IMG/VR virus record: IMGVR_UViG_3300035042_000032
Reading direction: 5' to 3' (one strand)
DNA length: 32,431 nt
Source of the DNA: a virus
Part shown: positions 12,102-20,855 of the stretch, in pieces
Position numbering within the stretch: the first letter of the stretch is position 1
How the letters are laid out: every line of letters starts with the position of its first letter
Position numbers and translations under genes: made by a program
The notes under the pieces: generated by a model
The model's database searches: none
Seen by the model: only the letters and a program-made list of their open reading frames with translations
Told to the model about the DNA's origin: nothing

Positions 12102-12445
12102 AATTCGATTACCTCCACCTTTACTTCTGCCCCTGTTGCGATTGCATAAACGTCCTGTACGTTGTTCGGATCAAGCAACACCTTGACCGTTTTCTTCGGG
12201 TCTAGAAGGAACCCGATTTTCTCGGTGATTGAAGTAGAGCCGATTCTCACGGTTCGTACCTCATCGAGATTGGTGACGACCATGACCCTGCGTCCGACCT
12301 TTGCGGATGAGGGTACCTTGGCCTTGGTTGATGTGACGGTCTGGATGGTCACCACAGGAGCACTCGTCATATCGAGTGTATCCGGGGAAACGTCCACCAT
12401 CTGTTGCATCTGGATGCCGTTGGGCAACAAAATATCTATAGCCAT
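12098..12445 (-). CDS. Hypothetical structural protein (115 aa)
   Basis: Tightly coupled ORF in the tail operon. Confidence 0.65.
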   Translation of the reverse strand: MAIDILLPNGIQMQQMVDVSPDTLDMTSAPVVTIQTVTSTKAKVPSSAKVGRRVMVVTNLDEVRTVRIGSTSITEKIGFLLDPKKTVKVLLDPNNVQDVYAIATGAEVKVEVIEL

Positions 12446-12823
12446 TTAGACTACCTCCGTATATGTGGTCACTAGATGACCGTTCTCAATTTTTCTGCTT
12501 ACCATGTATGTAATCCCCTCGTAGGTGAGGGTGTCCAAGCCTGTGAGACGTTCATCAATCGGCTCCACCGCATCCTTGACACTCTTGGCTACTGAGCCTT
12601 CGGTTTCGGAGTCAGCTTCCAAGGTATCAAGTCTTGTCTCATGGTCAGCAAGCGTGCCCTCTGCGTCAGTAATTCCAAGGGTTGCTTTTGCGTTGGTCTT
12701 GGTTATCGGTTTGATTTTCTGTTCCGACACATCTTCCATGACAAAAACATCATCATCTTCTAGGGCTGTTGCGTACTCCCTCTGTGACGGTCGTTTAATA
12801 TCAGCATCTGTAAGTGTTGCCAT
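12446..12823 (-). CDS. Hypothetical fibre-like protein (125 aa)
   Basis: Acidic, coiled-looking repeats (LADHETRLDTLEADSETEG...DERLTGLDTL). TAATG overlap with the upstream gene. Confidence 0.65.
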   Translation of the reverse strand: MATLTDADIKRPSQREYATALEDDDVFVMEDVSEQKIKPITKTNAKATLGITDAEGTLADHETRLDTLEADSETEGSVAKSVKDAVEPIDERLTGLDTLTYEGITYMVSRKIENGHLVTTYTEVV

Positions 12824-14652
12824 TATCTGCTCCTTAGCCTTAGCTCAATCTCGTTGCTATCCGGTAGCCATTGTATCCCAATGACTTGCCCTGTCAGTGT
12901 CCCAAAATACTCACGTACATTATCATCATAGCTATACGCTTCTGTAAAGGTCTCGTCGTAGACTTCACCAATCACCCCGTCAGCGTCACCCAAAACCCCG
13001 ATTGTATCCCCTAGCAAGTATGTCCAGAGGGAAGGGATGATGTCGCCTTGAGTGAGCAGTGATACCGTAGCCGATACCATGTCGTATATTCTTGGTGTGG
13101 GATAGGTCTTTGCGTCCACCCGAAGCGTTACGATTGGTCGTACTACCGATATATCTTCCATGACCCTTAGAGCCTTTTCTTCTGCGTCAGCCTGTGATGT
13201 TAGGATACTCTCGTATTGCTGTACCTTTTCAATGTGGTGCTCGTTTATGACATCTGATTTGTAATCGGTGTTCTCGGTGTACTGATACCTTCCTGTCCGG
13301 TGATTCTTTGCATATTTAACCTTGCACGATGAAGCGTACAATTCGGCGTTGCGTAGAACAGGCATGTCGGAGTTGCGGATGTCAATGGCTGTGATGGTTG
13401 CGGATATGCTTCTGCTCGGATCGTCTCGTCTTAGCGTGATTCTCTCCAAGTCCTCATATCTGAATCCCCAATTACAACCGTTCTGGATCAGTTCAATCCA
13501 TTCGTAAACCTTCTTAGCTTCGTCCATGTAGAGATACACATCATCCAAGTAAGCCTTCTCCGCTTCCCACTCGGTGGTGTTGTAGTTGCTGTCGTTGTAG
13601 GCTATCCCATTCACCCTAGAATTGAGGTCTGCGATTATATCCCCAGGATTGCTGTAATCCCTCATGCGTCCGGTGACATAGACTGCTTTCAATCCGTTGT
13701 GTGGGTCACTCCCATCCCTAGCGCATTGGGCATCGGTGAGGGTGAAGGTGCCGGAAGTTGAGAACGCTGCATGGCTTACCTGTGTCAAAACATCGTCATA
13801 GGTGTAGACCTGTGAGATACTGGTAGCTACCTCAGCCCAACGGAATGTGACCGTTCCGGAGTTGTCTGCTATCGGGAATGCCGGAACCTGTATGACGTCC
13901 CCGTAACCGTCTGGTAACAGCTCGCTCTTTGTATCCCATCCGTCTGTTGTGTCGTATGCGTCCAGAACAGTGAACTCCTTGCTAGGTGTTTCTACCTGTA
14001 ATCGCTCCCTCTTGTCCGCTACCTCAACGTTGAACTCGCTTGTGGTGAGAGTGTAGTCCCGGATGTATCCAGTGAACATGAGGATTAAATCATCATAGGT
14101 ATCGCCCTCGTCCCCCATCTTGATTCTTAGGATGTTACCGTAGAGCTTCTCGTCCACATCAAAAAGCCCGTTGTCATTGACTAGGGAAACTGTACCACCA
14201 CCAAAGCTCATGATTCCGTATTGCAAGGGGTCGGCTTGGTCAGAGAGTGAGGGAATGCTTTTGATCAAAGGTTGGTAGAGTTGGTTGCGGAAGTATCTAA
14301 CCGTATCAGAGGTGAATCCGTAGGCAACACCTGTCAACTCAATTACGCTGTCCGGTGTCCAGTCATGAGGGTAGTGGATATAGAGGGTTTGGGTGTCGTA
14401 GTCAAAGTAGAAGCTGTTCTCTTGGTTTACACAATCTGCAATGCTGTCAACAACCTCTACTTGGAGCGTATAGGATAGCATGACAGAGGTGATATTTAGG
14501 ATTGTGGTAGGGTATGTCCCGTCTGCCCCGAAGGTATCAGTCCAGTAGGAAGCAACAACACCAGACACGACAGAAGAATACACAAATGGGGTGTATGGGT
14601 TGAAGGTGCCTGTATAAAGTGCTGTCTTGTCTATCTCTACTACTGTGTACAT
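12823..14652 (-). CDS. Large tail-tip/baseplate-hub-like protein (609 aa)
   Basis: Called on size and position downstream of the tape measure/distal tail genes. No catalytic motif recognised. Confidence 0.6.
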   Translation of the reverse strand: MYTVVEIDKTALYTGTFNPYTPFVYSSVVSGVVASYWTDTFGADGTYPTTILNITSVMLSYTLQVEVVDSIADCVNQENSFYFDYDTQTLYIHYPHDWTPDSVIELTGVAYGFTSDTVRYFRNQLYQPLIKSIPSLSDQADPLQYGIMSFGGGTVSLVNDNGLFDVDEKLYGNILRIKMGDEGDTYDDLILMFTGYIRDYTLTTSEFNVEVADKRERLQVETPSKEFTVLDAYDTTDGWDTKSELLPDGYGDVIQVPAFPIADNSGTVTFRWAEVATSISQVYTYDDVLTQVSHAAFSTSGTFTLTDAQCARDGSDPHNGLKAVYVTGRMRDYSNPGDIIADLNSRVNGIAYNDSNYNTTEWEAEKAYLDDVYLYMDEAKKVYEWIELIQNGCNWGFRYEDLERITLRRDDPSRSISATITAIDIRNSDMPVLRNAELYASSCKVKYAKNHRTGRYQYTENTDYKSDVINEHHIEKVQQYESILTSQADAEEKALRVMEDISVVRPIVTLRVDAKTYPTPRIYDMVSATVSLLTQGDIIPSLWTYLLGDTIGVLGDADGVIGEVYDETFTEAYSYDDNVREYFGTLTGQVIGIQWLPDSNEIELRLRSR

Positions 14653-15024
14653 CTATATTTGTACCTCAAATCGGGTGTATCCACCTTGCAAACCGCTCCA
14701 ATGGGACTGCGATACTACAGGGTGCATACACATATGTTCTAATCTTATTGTCGCAAAGTCAAAGTCGTAAGAAGCACCAATGGTATAGAAGTCTTGCTTA
14801 GGTGCAAAGCGGAATGGTTGCCATCGTGAGAAGTCCATTTCATTGCGGTAATTGCCATATAAGGAAAGATTACCGATTGGTTGAGTTAAGGTAATATCTA
14901 CATAGAACTGTCCTTGCTCTCTACCATTCAGTGTGTAATCTTGCACACCAAATGTGACGCTAGGAGTGATTGCGTAGAGACTGAACAAGATGGATATAAC
15001 GGCAATTAATAATAGTTTTTTCAT
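14653..15024 (-). CDS. Secreted or outer-membrane beta-rich protein with N-terminal signal peptide (123 aa), embedded in the tail operon
   Basis: MKKLLLIAVISILFSLYA signal peptide without a lipobox Cys. Alternating beta-strand-like segments (FYVDITLTQ, LSLYGNYRN, FYTIGASYDF, GYTRFEVQI). ATGA/TAGATG coupling to its neighbours. Confidence 0.6.
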   Translation of the reverse strand: MKKLLLIAVISILFSLYAITPSVTFGVQDYTLNGREQGQFYVDITLTQPIGNLSLYGNYRNEMDFSRWQPFRFAPKQDFYTIGASYDFDFATIRLEHMCMHPVVSQSHWSGLQGGYTRFEVQI

Positions 15025-16079
15025 ATTACCACTTTTGTTAAGTTATTGTTATATTTTGTAGGCAGACCAAACATAATACGCTGTAGTGTATAAGATAAGT
15101 CATCCGTATACCTTTTAGCTCTAAGCTCATACTCAACCTCAGCCATCTGTGACCCTCCTCCACCATATACAAAAAGATAGAACAATGCATCCTTCCCAGA
15201 TATCGTAAAACTATGCGTGTTTTCTAAGACCTCCGTTTCATTTATCACTTCGCTTGTGTAAAAGGCAGTTGAAACTCCATTGTTATAATACCTTGCGGAT
15301 AAATACACATTACCACTTCCACCCTTATTATTGTCTATATGAATATAGAATTGATAATCACCTTTAGGTAAAAAAAGCTCTATGAGGTAACTAGTTGTAG
15401 ACCCATCAATGGCCCAATAAAAATCGGTGGTTGTAAGTTGATGTATGATAGAGTACGTTGAACTCTGTAATGTACTTGGGTTCCATCCACCCCCTTTCAT
15501 TGTTACTTGTTCAAAGGTAGGGCTTGATGTAGTATTTACAGCTTGATTGACACGCCCGTTCAATGTGTCAAGCTCACCATCTATATCATGTCCGTCTACC
15601 GTACCGCCAAGAGTTATGTTGTCGGCTACGTTTAAGCTCTTGAATGTCCCTAGTGATTGATTGTGTTGCTCAAATCGGTATTTTGTCCAACTCGTGCCAC
15701 TCTTGATTAGCATGTAGGGCAAGAGGGTGTAGGAACCGCTTATCATGGCGTTGTACGCACTGTTCCAAGCGTATGAGGATATGTCGGTTACATACTCCGC
15801 TGTGAGGGTGTCCGTACCGCTTACTCTGATGTATACCGTACCATCTGATGGGCTTCCGCTTATCGTTGCGTCTGCGGTGTCCACGATGTATAGGCTACCC
15901 CCATGGGAGATATACGCCCCTTGCTTTATCGTGGGTGCAGTTGTCCCGTTTGGGTCGCTTATGATAAAGGCTTGTGAGTTTATCTGGTTGATGAAAGCCA
16001 TGAGGTGGGAGTTTTGCGCTTGGTAGTCTGCAACGGTTGCAGGAATTGAACTTGGTGCGGTTATCTTGGTTATTGCCAT
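15021..16079 (-). CDS. Tail fibre/receptor-binding-like protein (352 aa) with an AT-rich C-terminal half
   Basis: Conserved-looking N-terminal half, then ..NTTSSPTFEQV.. and an AT-rich C-terminal domain (about 15021-15540) rich in Y/N/G/S. Confidence 0.6.
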   Translation of the reverse strand: MAITKITAPSSIPATVADYQAQNSHLMAFINQINSQAFIISDPNGTTAPTIKQGAYISHGGSLYIVDTADATISGSPSDGTVYIRVSGTDTLTAEYVTDISSYAWNSAYNAMISGSYTLLPYMLIKSGTSWTKYRFEQHNQSLGTFKSLNVADNITLGGTVDGHDIDGELDTLNGRVNQAVNTTSSPTFEQVTMKGGGWNPSTLQSSTYSIIHQLTTTDFYWAIDGSTTSYLIELFLPKGDYQFYIHIDNNKGGSGNVYLSARYYNNGVSTAFYTSEVINETEVLENTHSFTISGKDALFYLFVYGGGGSQMAEVEYELRAKRYTDDLSYTLQRIMFGLPTKYNNNLTKVVI

Positions 16080-16771
16080 TAATTTACCTCCGTAAAGCTA
16101 AAGCTAACATCATCCCCATCATAGCGGTGGGTTACCGAGAGGGATGAAGTGAATACCCCATAGAGGGGTGAGAACATGGTAGGAGAGGATTCCCACAAGT
16201 CAAGGAAGAACGGAACAATCAAACCACAAGCAATGAAGGCTTGTTCCAATGCTTCACGCTCTGAGTAGGACAGAATGGGGATGGATACCGTGCCACTTCT
16301 TAGGACGCTTCCCCTACGTCCTGCCACTTGGTAATCGCTGGAGAAGGTTGCAACATCAGTGCTGTTCATCGGCATGTCTTGATCGGCTTCCTTGTCGTAT
16401 TGGAGGGAAGAGCCTAGGAAGATTGTCCCCACGTAAAGCGTAACCGGAGCCGATAGCTCTATCTCAGCCTTGTATGCCAAGACCTCCCCATGTGCCCTGT
16501 TATTGGTGATTGTCCATGTGTCCAAGAGGGTATCGGCTAGGTCGTAGAATCTGACCTCTATAGCAGTAGCGTTGTGGTAGGCTATGAAGAATGAATTGAT
16601 CGTTACATCTTTTCCGAAATTGACACTGATGGTTGCGCTTAGCACTCCGTCTACTGTGCGGTATACCTTGCGCTTCCAAGGGTCATGGATGTTGGCTAGT
16701 GGGTAGTTGGCATTCTCGCTCGTTGTGGTTATCGTTGCGTCCTTCAGTTTGTTGTCATATGCTAATATCAT
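16079..16771 (-). CDS. Distal-tail-protein-like (230 aa)
   Basis: Immediately follows the tape measure (ATGA overlap). Called on position and size only. Confidence 0.5.
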   Translation of the reverse strand: MILAYDNKLKDATITTTSENANYPLANIHDPWKRKVYRTVDGVLSATISVNFGKDVTINSFFIAYHNATAIEVRFYDLADTLLDTWTITNNRAHGEVLAYKAEIELSAPVTLYVGTIFLGSSLQYDKEADQDMPMNSTDVATFSSDYQVAGRRGSVLRSGTVSIPILSYSEREALEQAFIACGLIVPFFLDLWESSPTMFSPLYGVFTSSLSVTHRYDGDDVSFSFTEVN

Positions 16772-19455
16772 TTTACCACCCTCGCTGATATTCTTCCGTA
16801 CTGTCCGGCATTGATTCCCCTTACGGTAGTTTCGCCTATCACCCTTCCATCCAATTCTACCACAAGATGGATTGGTACGCTAGTGTTACCACCACTCGGA
16901 GCAATGGTAACGCCCTCCTGCCTAGCCTGTTCTGCGATAGGAGCAGGAAGTATCATTTCATTTCTATGCACTACCGCCTGTGTGTCGTCTGGTATGCGGA
17001 TGGAGCCGACATTGAAGGATGGGAGTGGTTCACTTTGGATTGCGGCAATCTGCGCCGCTCCGGTCCCTACTGCCATTGCTGACAATCCAACGCCTGCAAA
17101 CCCTCCAGGATTGGCAAGGAAACCAATAACTGCTGATGCAGTATCAATAATCGCTTGGAATGTGCCTTGTGCTTTCTTACGCTTCAAATCCTCTATTGCA
17201 AATTGCTTCTTGGCTTCTTGCAACTCTTCTTCTGTGGCTCCTTCCTGTTCCATCCGTTGCAATTCTGATTCATGTGCATTGCTCTGGACCTTATTGATCG
17301 AACCCCACATGGAAGCGATAGAACCACCCACATCAAATGCGTAGTCTATCCAAGCGTCTCTTGCCCTTTCCGCTTCTTCCTTTGCCTTGTCTGCCTGTTC
17401 TTCATTGAGTTTAGCAAGCTCTTCCTTCTGCCATTTTGCAACATCTACAATTGAAACACCAGCTTTAAGAAATGCGTCTGCCTGTTCTTGTATCGATTGC
17501 ATTTCCTTGTCATAGTCCGATTGCCTATAAGAGTCCAAGAGCTTGTAAGCGTCAAACATGCTTTGTGTGCGCTCGTTGTAGCTGTCTTGGATAGCTTTGT
17601 TTCTAGCATCTGTTTCAGCTTTTACCTTAGCGGTCTTTTCTTCTTCAAGAGCTTTTTGCTTATCGGCTTCCTCTTTGGCCTTAGCAGTTTCTTCCTCTCG
17701 GTATTTCGCTATCTGTTCCGCTTGCCATTCTGCAACTTCCTTGATAGACACCCCTGCTTTGAGATATTCATCAGCTTGGTCTTGGATAGCCTTGAAAGCC
17801 TTTTCCTTGTCGGTCATACGTGATTCTTCTATGCTCTCGTATGCCGATTTTCTCGCTTCTGATTCCTTGTTGAACGCTTCTACTGCGGCGTCCGCTTCTG
17901 CCTGTCTTTGCGCTTCAAGCTCCTCTGATTTCTTTACCGCTTCTGCATCTGCCTGTGCCTGCGCTTCCCTGCGCTTTGTAAGCTCTTCGGTAACAAGGCG
18001 GAGAAGTTCCGTAGAATAGGTGTTCTCACCATTCAGCCTTAGAAGCTCCTCTGCATTTTTAAGTTCTGCATCAGTTGCGCCCTTGAGATTTTCAAACTCC
18101 TTCCTTGCGTTTTCCAGTGCCTTGTCTCTTGCCTGTAATTCCTCTACCTGTAGTCTCACGCTTTCTGCGAAGTTCTCATTTATGTTTGCAAGGGTGGATA
18201 TTTCAACTTGTCCGTTAATGACTGCATTAGCTATGGTAAGTAGACTTGACTCAAAAGAAGCGTTCTCTTCAATGAGGTCGCTTTGGGTTTCGAGGAGTTT
18301 AAGCTGTGCTTTTTCTAGGTTCTCTTGTGCAGTTTTCAGCTTCTTTTTCTCACGGAGAAGCGGTGTTATTTGGCTTGTTTGTTGTTGATAGTTATCTATC
18401 TCTTCACGCTGTTCTTCGCTGTAGCTGTTGATAATGGCAAGCGATTCATCTATTGTCTTTTGATACCCTTCTTCCTCACGCTTGAGGTTGGATATACTTC
18501 TTTGGGTATCTTCGTAGTTCTTACCTACCTCAGCAATCGCTCGATTTACCTGTAGATTGATACGCTGTTGTTGTATCTCTAGCAGAGCCTTTTCTGATTC
18601 GGTAAGATTCCCTATGGGATCGTTTAGCTTTTCGGTTACATCTTTGTACGCTTGCATGGACTCTGCAAGGTTTAGGGTAGATTCTTCTAGCTTTATTGCA
18701 GATGAATCTTGCCCCAACATCTTATCGGAGAGTGTGACCATAACCCCTAGGATGGGTTCTATTGCTTGGTTCTTCCACCCTTGGTAAGCACGCTTCAGCT
18801 TATCTATGTTATCCGTCAGCACTACGCCTTGGTCTACAAGCTCGTCTCCCATGACCAAGCCAAGCTCATGCGCCTTGCCACGCATTTCTTCTATGGCGTC
18901 CCCACCTGCATTAAAAGCAGGGGAAAGCTCTGTTGCACTTCTTCCTAGGAGTCTGTTTGCTATCGCTGTCCGTTCGGTCTGGTTCTCCATGTCGGAGAGT
19001 GCAATAAAAACCTCATTGAATAAGGTTTCTTGGTCTTTCATCTTCCCGTCAACATCTGTGACGGATATGCCTAGCTTGTCAAACTCATCCTTGTATTCGG
19101 CTACCCCGTCCTTGGCTTCAGCTGCGGCATTGGATAGGGTTTTCACCCCCATCTGTAACCCATCTACGCTCGCACCACTTTGGGAAAGGATAAAATCCCA
19201 CTCCTGGAATGCTGTTCTGCTGATACCGATTTTCTGGGACATTTTATCGACACGATCAAGAGCTGTTGAGGTTGCTATAGCCAAATCACCAAGTTTCTTG
19301 ATTGAAGCTGCGATAGCGGCAACGGTAACACCTGCAAAAATCTTGTCAGCAACACCTCCAAACTTTGTTACCTTGCCTTCGCTCTTGTCGATTGACTTGT
19401 CAAAGCCTGTGTTGTCTCCGGTGATTTTATATACTAATTGCTCTATGATTCTCAT
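16768..19455 (-). CDS. Tail tape measure protein (895 aa)
   Basis: Long helical E/K/A/Q-rich protein with a Gly-rich hydrophobic segment near the C-terminus (GFLANPGGFAGVGLSAMAVGTGAAQIAAI). Preceded by the frameshifted chaperone. Confidence 0.9.
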   Translation of the reverse strand: MRIIEQLVYKITGDNTGFDKSIDKSEGKVTKFGGVADKIFAGVTVAAIAASIKKLGDLAIATSTALDRVDKMSQKIGISRTAFQEWDFILSQSGASVDGLQMGVKTLSNAAAEAKDGVAEYKDEFDKLGISVTDVDGKMKDQETLFNEVFIALSDMENQTERTAIANRLLGRSATELSPAFNAGGDAIEEMRGKAHELGLVMGDELVDQGVVLTDNIDKLKRAYQGWKNQAIEPILGVMVTLSDKMLGQDSSAIKLEESTLNLAESMQAYKDVTEKLNDPIGNLTESEKALLEIQQQRINLQVNRAIAEVGKNYEDTQRSISNLKREEEGYQKTIDESLAIINSYSEEQREEIDNYQQQTSQITPLLREKKKLKTAQENLEKAQLKLLETQSDLIEENASFESSLLTIANAVINGQVEISTLANINENFAESVRLQVEELQARDKALENARKEFENLKGATDAELKNAEELLRLNGENTYSTELLRLVTEELTKRREAQAQADAEAVKKSEELEAQRQAEADAAVEAFNKESEARKSAYESIEESRMTDKEKAFKAIQDQADEYLKAGVSIKEVAEWQAEQIAKYREEETAKAKEEADKQKALEEEKTAKVKAETDARNKAIQDSYNERTQSMFDAYKLLDSYRQSDYDKEMQSIQEQADAFLKAGVSIVDVAKWQKEELAKLNEEQADKAKEEAERARDAWIDYAFDVGGSIASMWGSINKVQSNAHESELQRMEQEGATEEELQEAKKQFAIEDLKRKKAQGTFQAIIDTASAVIGFLANPGGFAGVGLSAMAVGTGAAQIAAIQSEPLPSFNVGSIRIPDDTQAVVHRNEMILPAPIAEQARQEGVTIAPSGGNTSVPIHLVVELDGRVIGETTVRGINAGQYGRISARVVK
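17354..17799 (-). repeat. Internal duplication in the tape measure (about 17354-17502 and 17651-17799)
   Basis: KAIQDQADEYLKAGVSIKEVAEWQAEQIAKYREEETAKAKEEADKQ versus QSIQEQADAFLKAGVSIVDVAKWQKEELAKLNEEQADKAKEEAERA. Confidence 0.7.
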
Positions 19456-20023
19456 TTAGTGTAATCCCTTGGTGATACCGTTACTTTCTGCTTTTTCCGC
19501 AAGATATACTTGTCCCAAATCTCTTTAGGGATGAAAGCTCCTGCGCTCTCCAAGTCTTTGATGTCCATCTGATTCCAGAATTCATCCTTGTTGTTGACAA
19601 CACCTTCTTTCTTGAGTGCAAAATACAGCCTATCCCAATCAAGCTCTGCTAGGCTTTTAACATTGCCATGACTTTTTTTTTACTGTCGTCTGCGTTTTCT
19701 ATAACAGCCCGTACAAATTCCAGTTGCATTTCAGCATCGGTGTGTCCTTCCCACCATTCGGCATCGTAGACATATCCGTTTGCTTCCATGATAATCTGTA
19801 TGATTTCCCTTAGCAATTCATCTTCATCATCAGAGGATATGGCATCGATCATTTCCTTGCGTTTCTTCTTATTCTTTATTTTAAGTGCTTCAATCATCTC
19901 TTCAACCCTAGTCCAGAAGTCAATGTATTTCTTCCTAGCAATGTTAGGGATGAAGTAAAGCGTAAAGGTCTGTGTTGATACTTTTATGTCAAATCGTGGT
20001 CGGTCAATGCCTATCTCTCTCAT
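19452..20023 (-). CDS. Tail assembly chaperone, -1 frameshift fusion product (gpGT analogue)
   Basis: After slipping -1 on the A9 run, the frame stays open for 66 codons (SHGNVKSLAELDWDRLYFALKKEG...SPRDYTK). It ends at a TGA overlapping the tape-measure ATG. Confidence 0.7.
19649..20023 (-). CDS. Tail assembly chaperone (gpG analogue, 124 aa)
   Basis: Position between the major tail and tape measure genes; GGAGAGAAC RBS; ends ...DDSKKKVMAMLKA. Confidence 0.75.
   Translation of the reverse strand: MREIGIDRPRFDIKVSTQTFTLYFIPNIARKKYIDFWTRVEEMIEALKIKNKKKRKEMIDAISSDDEDELLREIIQIIMEANGYVYDAEWWEGHTDAEMQLEFVRAVIENADDSKKKVMAMLKA
19673..19681 (-). promoter_or_regulatory. Slippery A9 run (AGT AAA AAA AAA GTC) for programmed -1 ribosomal frameshifting
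   Basis: Nine consecutive T on the plus strand, 8 codons before the zero-frame stop. Confidence 0.7.
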
Positions 20024-20031
20024 GTTCTCTC

Positions 20032-20847
20032 CTATGCTATAAACAGCTTCATCAGCCGATAGCCTTCGTCTGGGTCTGGTTCTGCGGTGAACCCTACAGT
20101 AAGCTCATTAACCCCGTCCTCATTGATTCCCTTGAAGTTGAAAGCAGCTCCACTGTCCAATGTTGCATTGTAGAGGGTGAATTGCCATTCAATGGAATTG
20201 AACGCTGTTACCGATACTCCCGAAGCATTGACCTTTGCGTCTGCGAGGTCAACATAGGTTCCGCTTGCCACGATCAAATACAAGTTGGTTGCATCGGTGT
20301 AAAAGTGTCCCTGCGCACCTACCGTATTTGCATCACTGACATGTACCTCGTGCATTCCTGCAATATTAACATATCCGTCAATCTCGGTTGTCCATGGAAG
20401 TGAAGTGGTAAACACCGTCTTGGGGATGGTGACAAAATCATTGATTGTGTCAGTATTCAAAGCGGTAATATCGTCCTCTACTATGACATGGCTATCCTGT
20501 CCATCAAAGTGCGTCAATCGGTATGATGCGCTTCTAAGGTCAGTGACATGATTGGGTGTGTTGACCAAATCACCTGCTGACATTTCTGTTACGCCACCCA
20601 AGATTTTATCAAAGATGGATAAATCCCAATTCCAGATTGCAGACGGCGAGAGTTGGAAGGAGAAGTTCTTGATTTTTTTGATCACTTCCTTGTAATTCCC
20701 ACCGTCCAGAATCATTACATCCCAGTTGAGTGTGCCTGTCGCCCCGCCAGCGACAAGACCCACATCTTCGAATCCGTCCCCGATATTCACAGCTAACTGA
20801 AAACCATCGGGAAATATGTATTGTTTGCTAGCGGTTTGTCTAGGCAT
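20032..20847 (-). CDS. Major-tail-protein paralogue with ~90-aa internal insertion (271 aa)
   Basis: N-terminus (MPRQTASKQYIFPDGFQL..ATGTLNWD..GNYKEVIKKIKNF..WNWD) and C-terminus (WQFTLYNATLDSGAAFNFKGINEDGVNELTVGFTAEPDPDEGYRLMKLFIA) align with ORF 20856..21410. Confidence 0.7.
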   Translation of the reverse strand: MPRQTASKQYIFPDGFQLAVNIGDGFEDVGLVAGGATGTLNWDVMILDGGNYKEVIKKIKNFSFQLSPSAIWNWDLSIFDKILGGVTEMSAGDLVNTPNHVTDLRSASYRLTHFDGQDSHVIVEDDITALNTDTINDFVTIPKTVFTTSLPWTTEIDGYVNIAGMHEVHVSDANTVGAQGHFYTDATNLYLIVASGTYVDLADAKVNASGVSVTAFNSIEWQFTLYNATLDSGAAFNFKGINEDGVNELTVGFTAEPDPDEGYRLMKLFIA

Positions 20848-20855
20848 ATATCCTC

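Noticed and set aside
16811-19459. Several long plus-strand ORFs (for example 16811..17344, 17597..18019, 18806..19459) inside the tape-measure region
   Set aside because: They are Ser/Phe/Leu/Cys-rich mirror translations of the GAA/AAG/GCU-rich tape-measure codons. They have no RBSs and are fully contained in an 895-aa gene.
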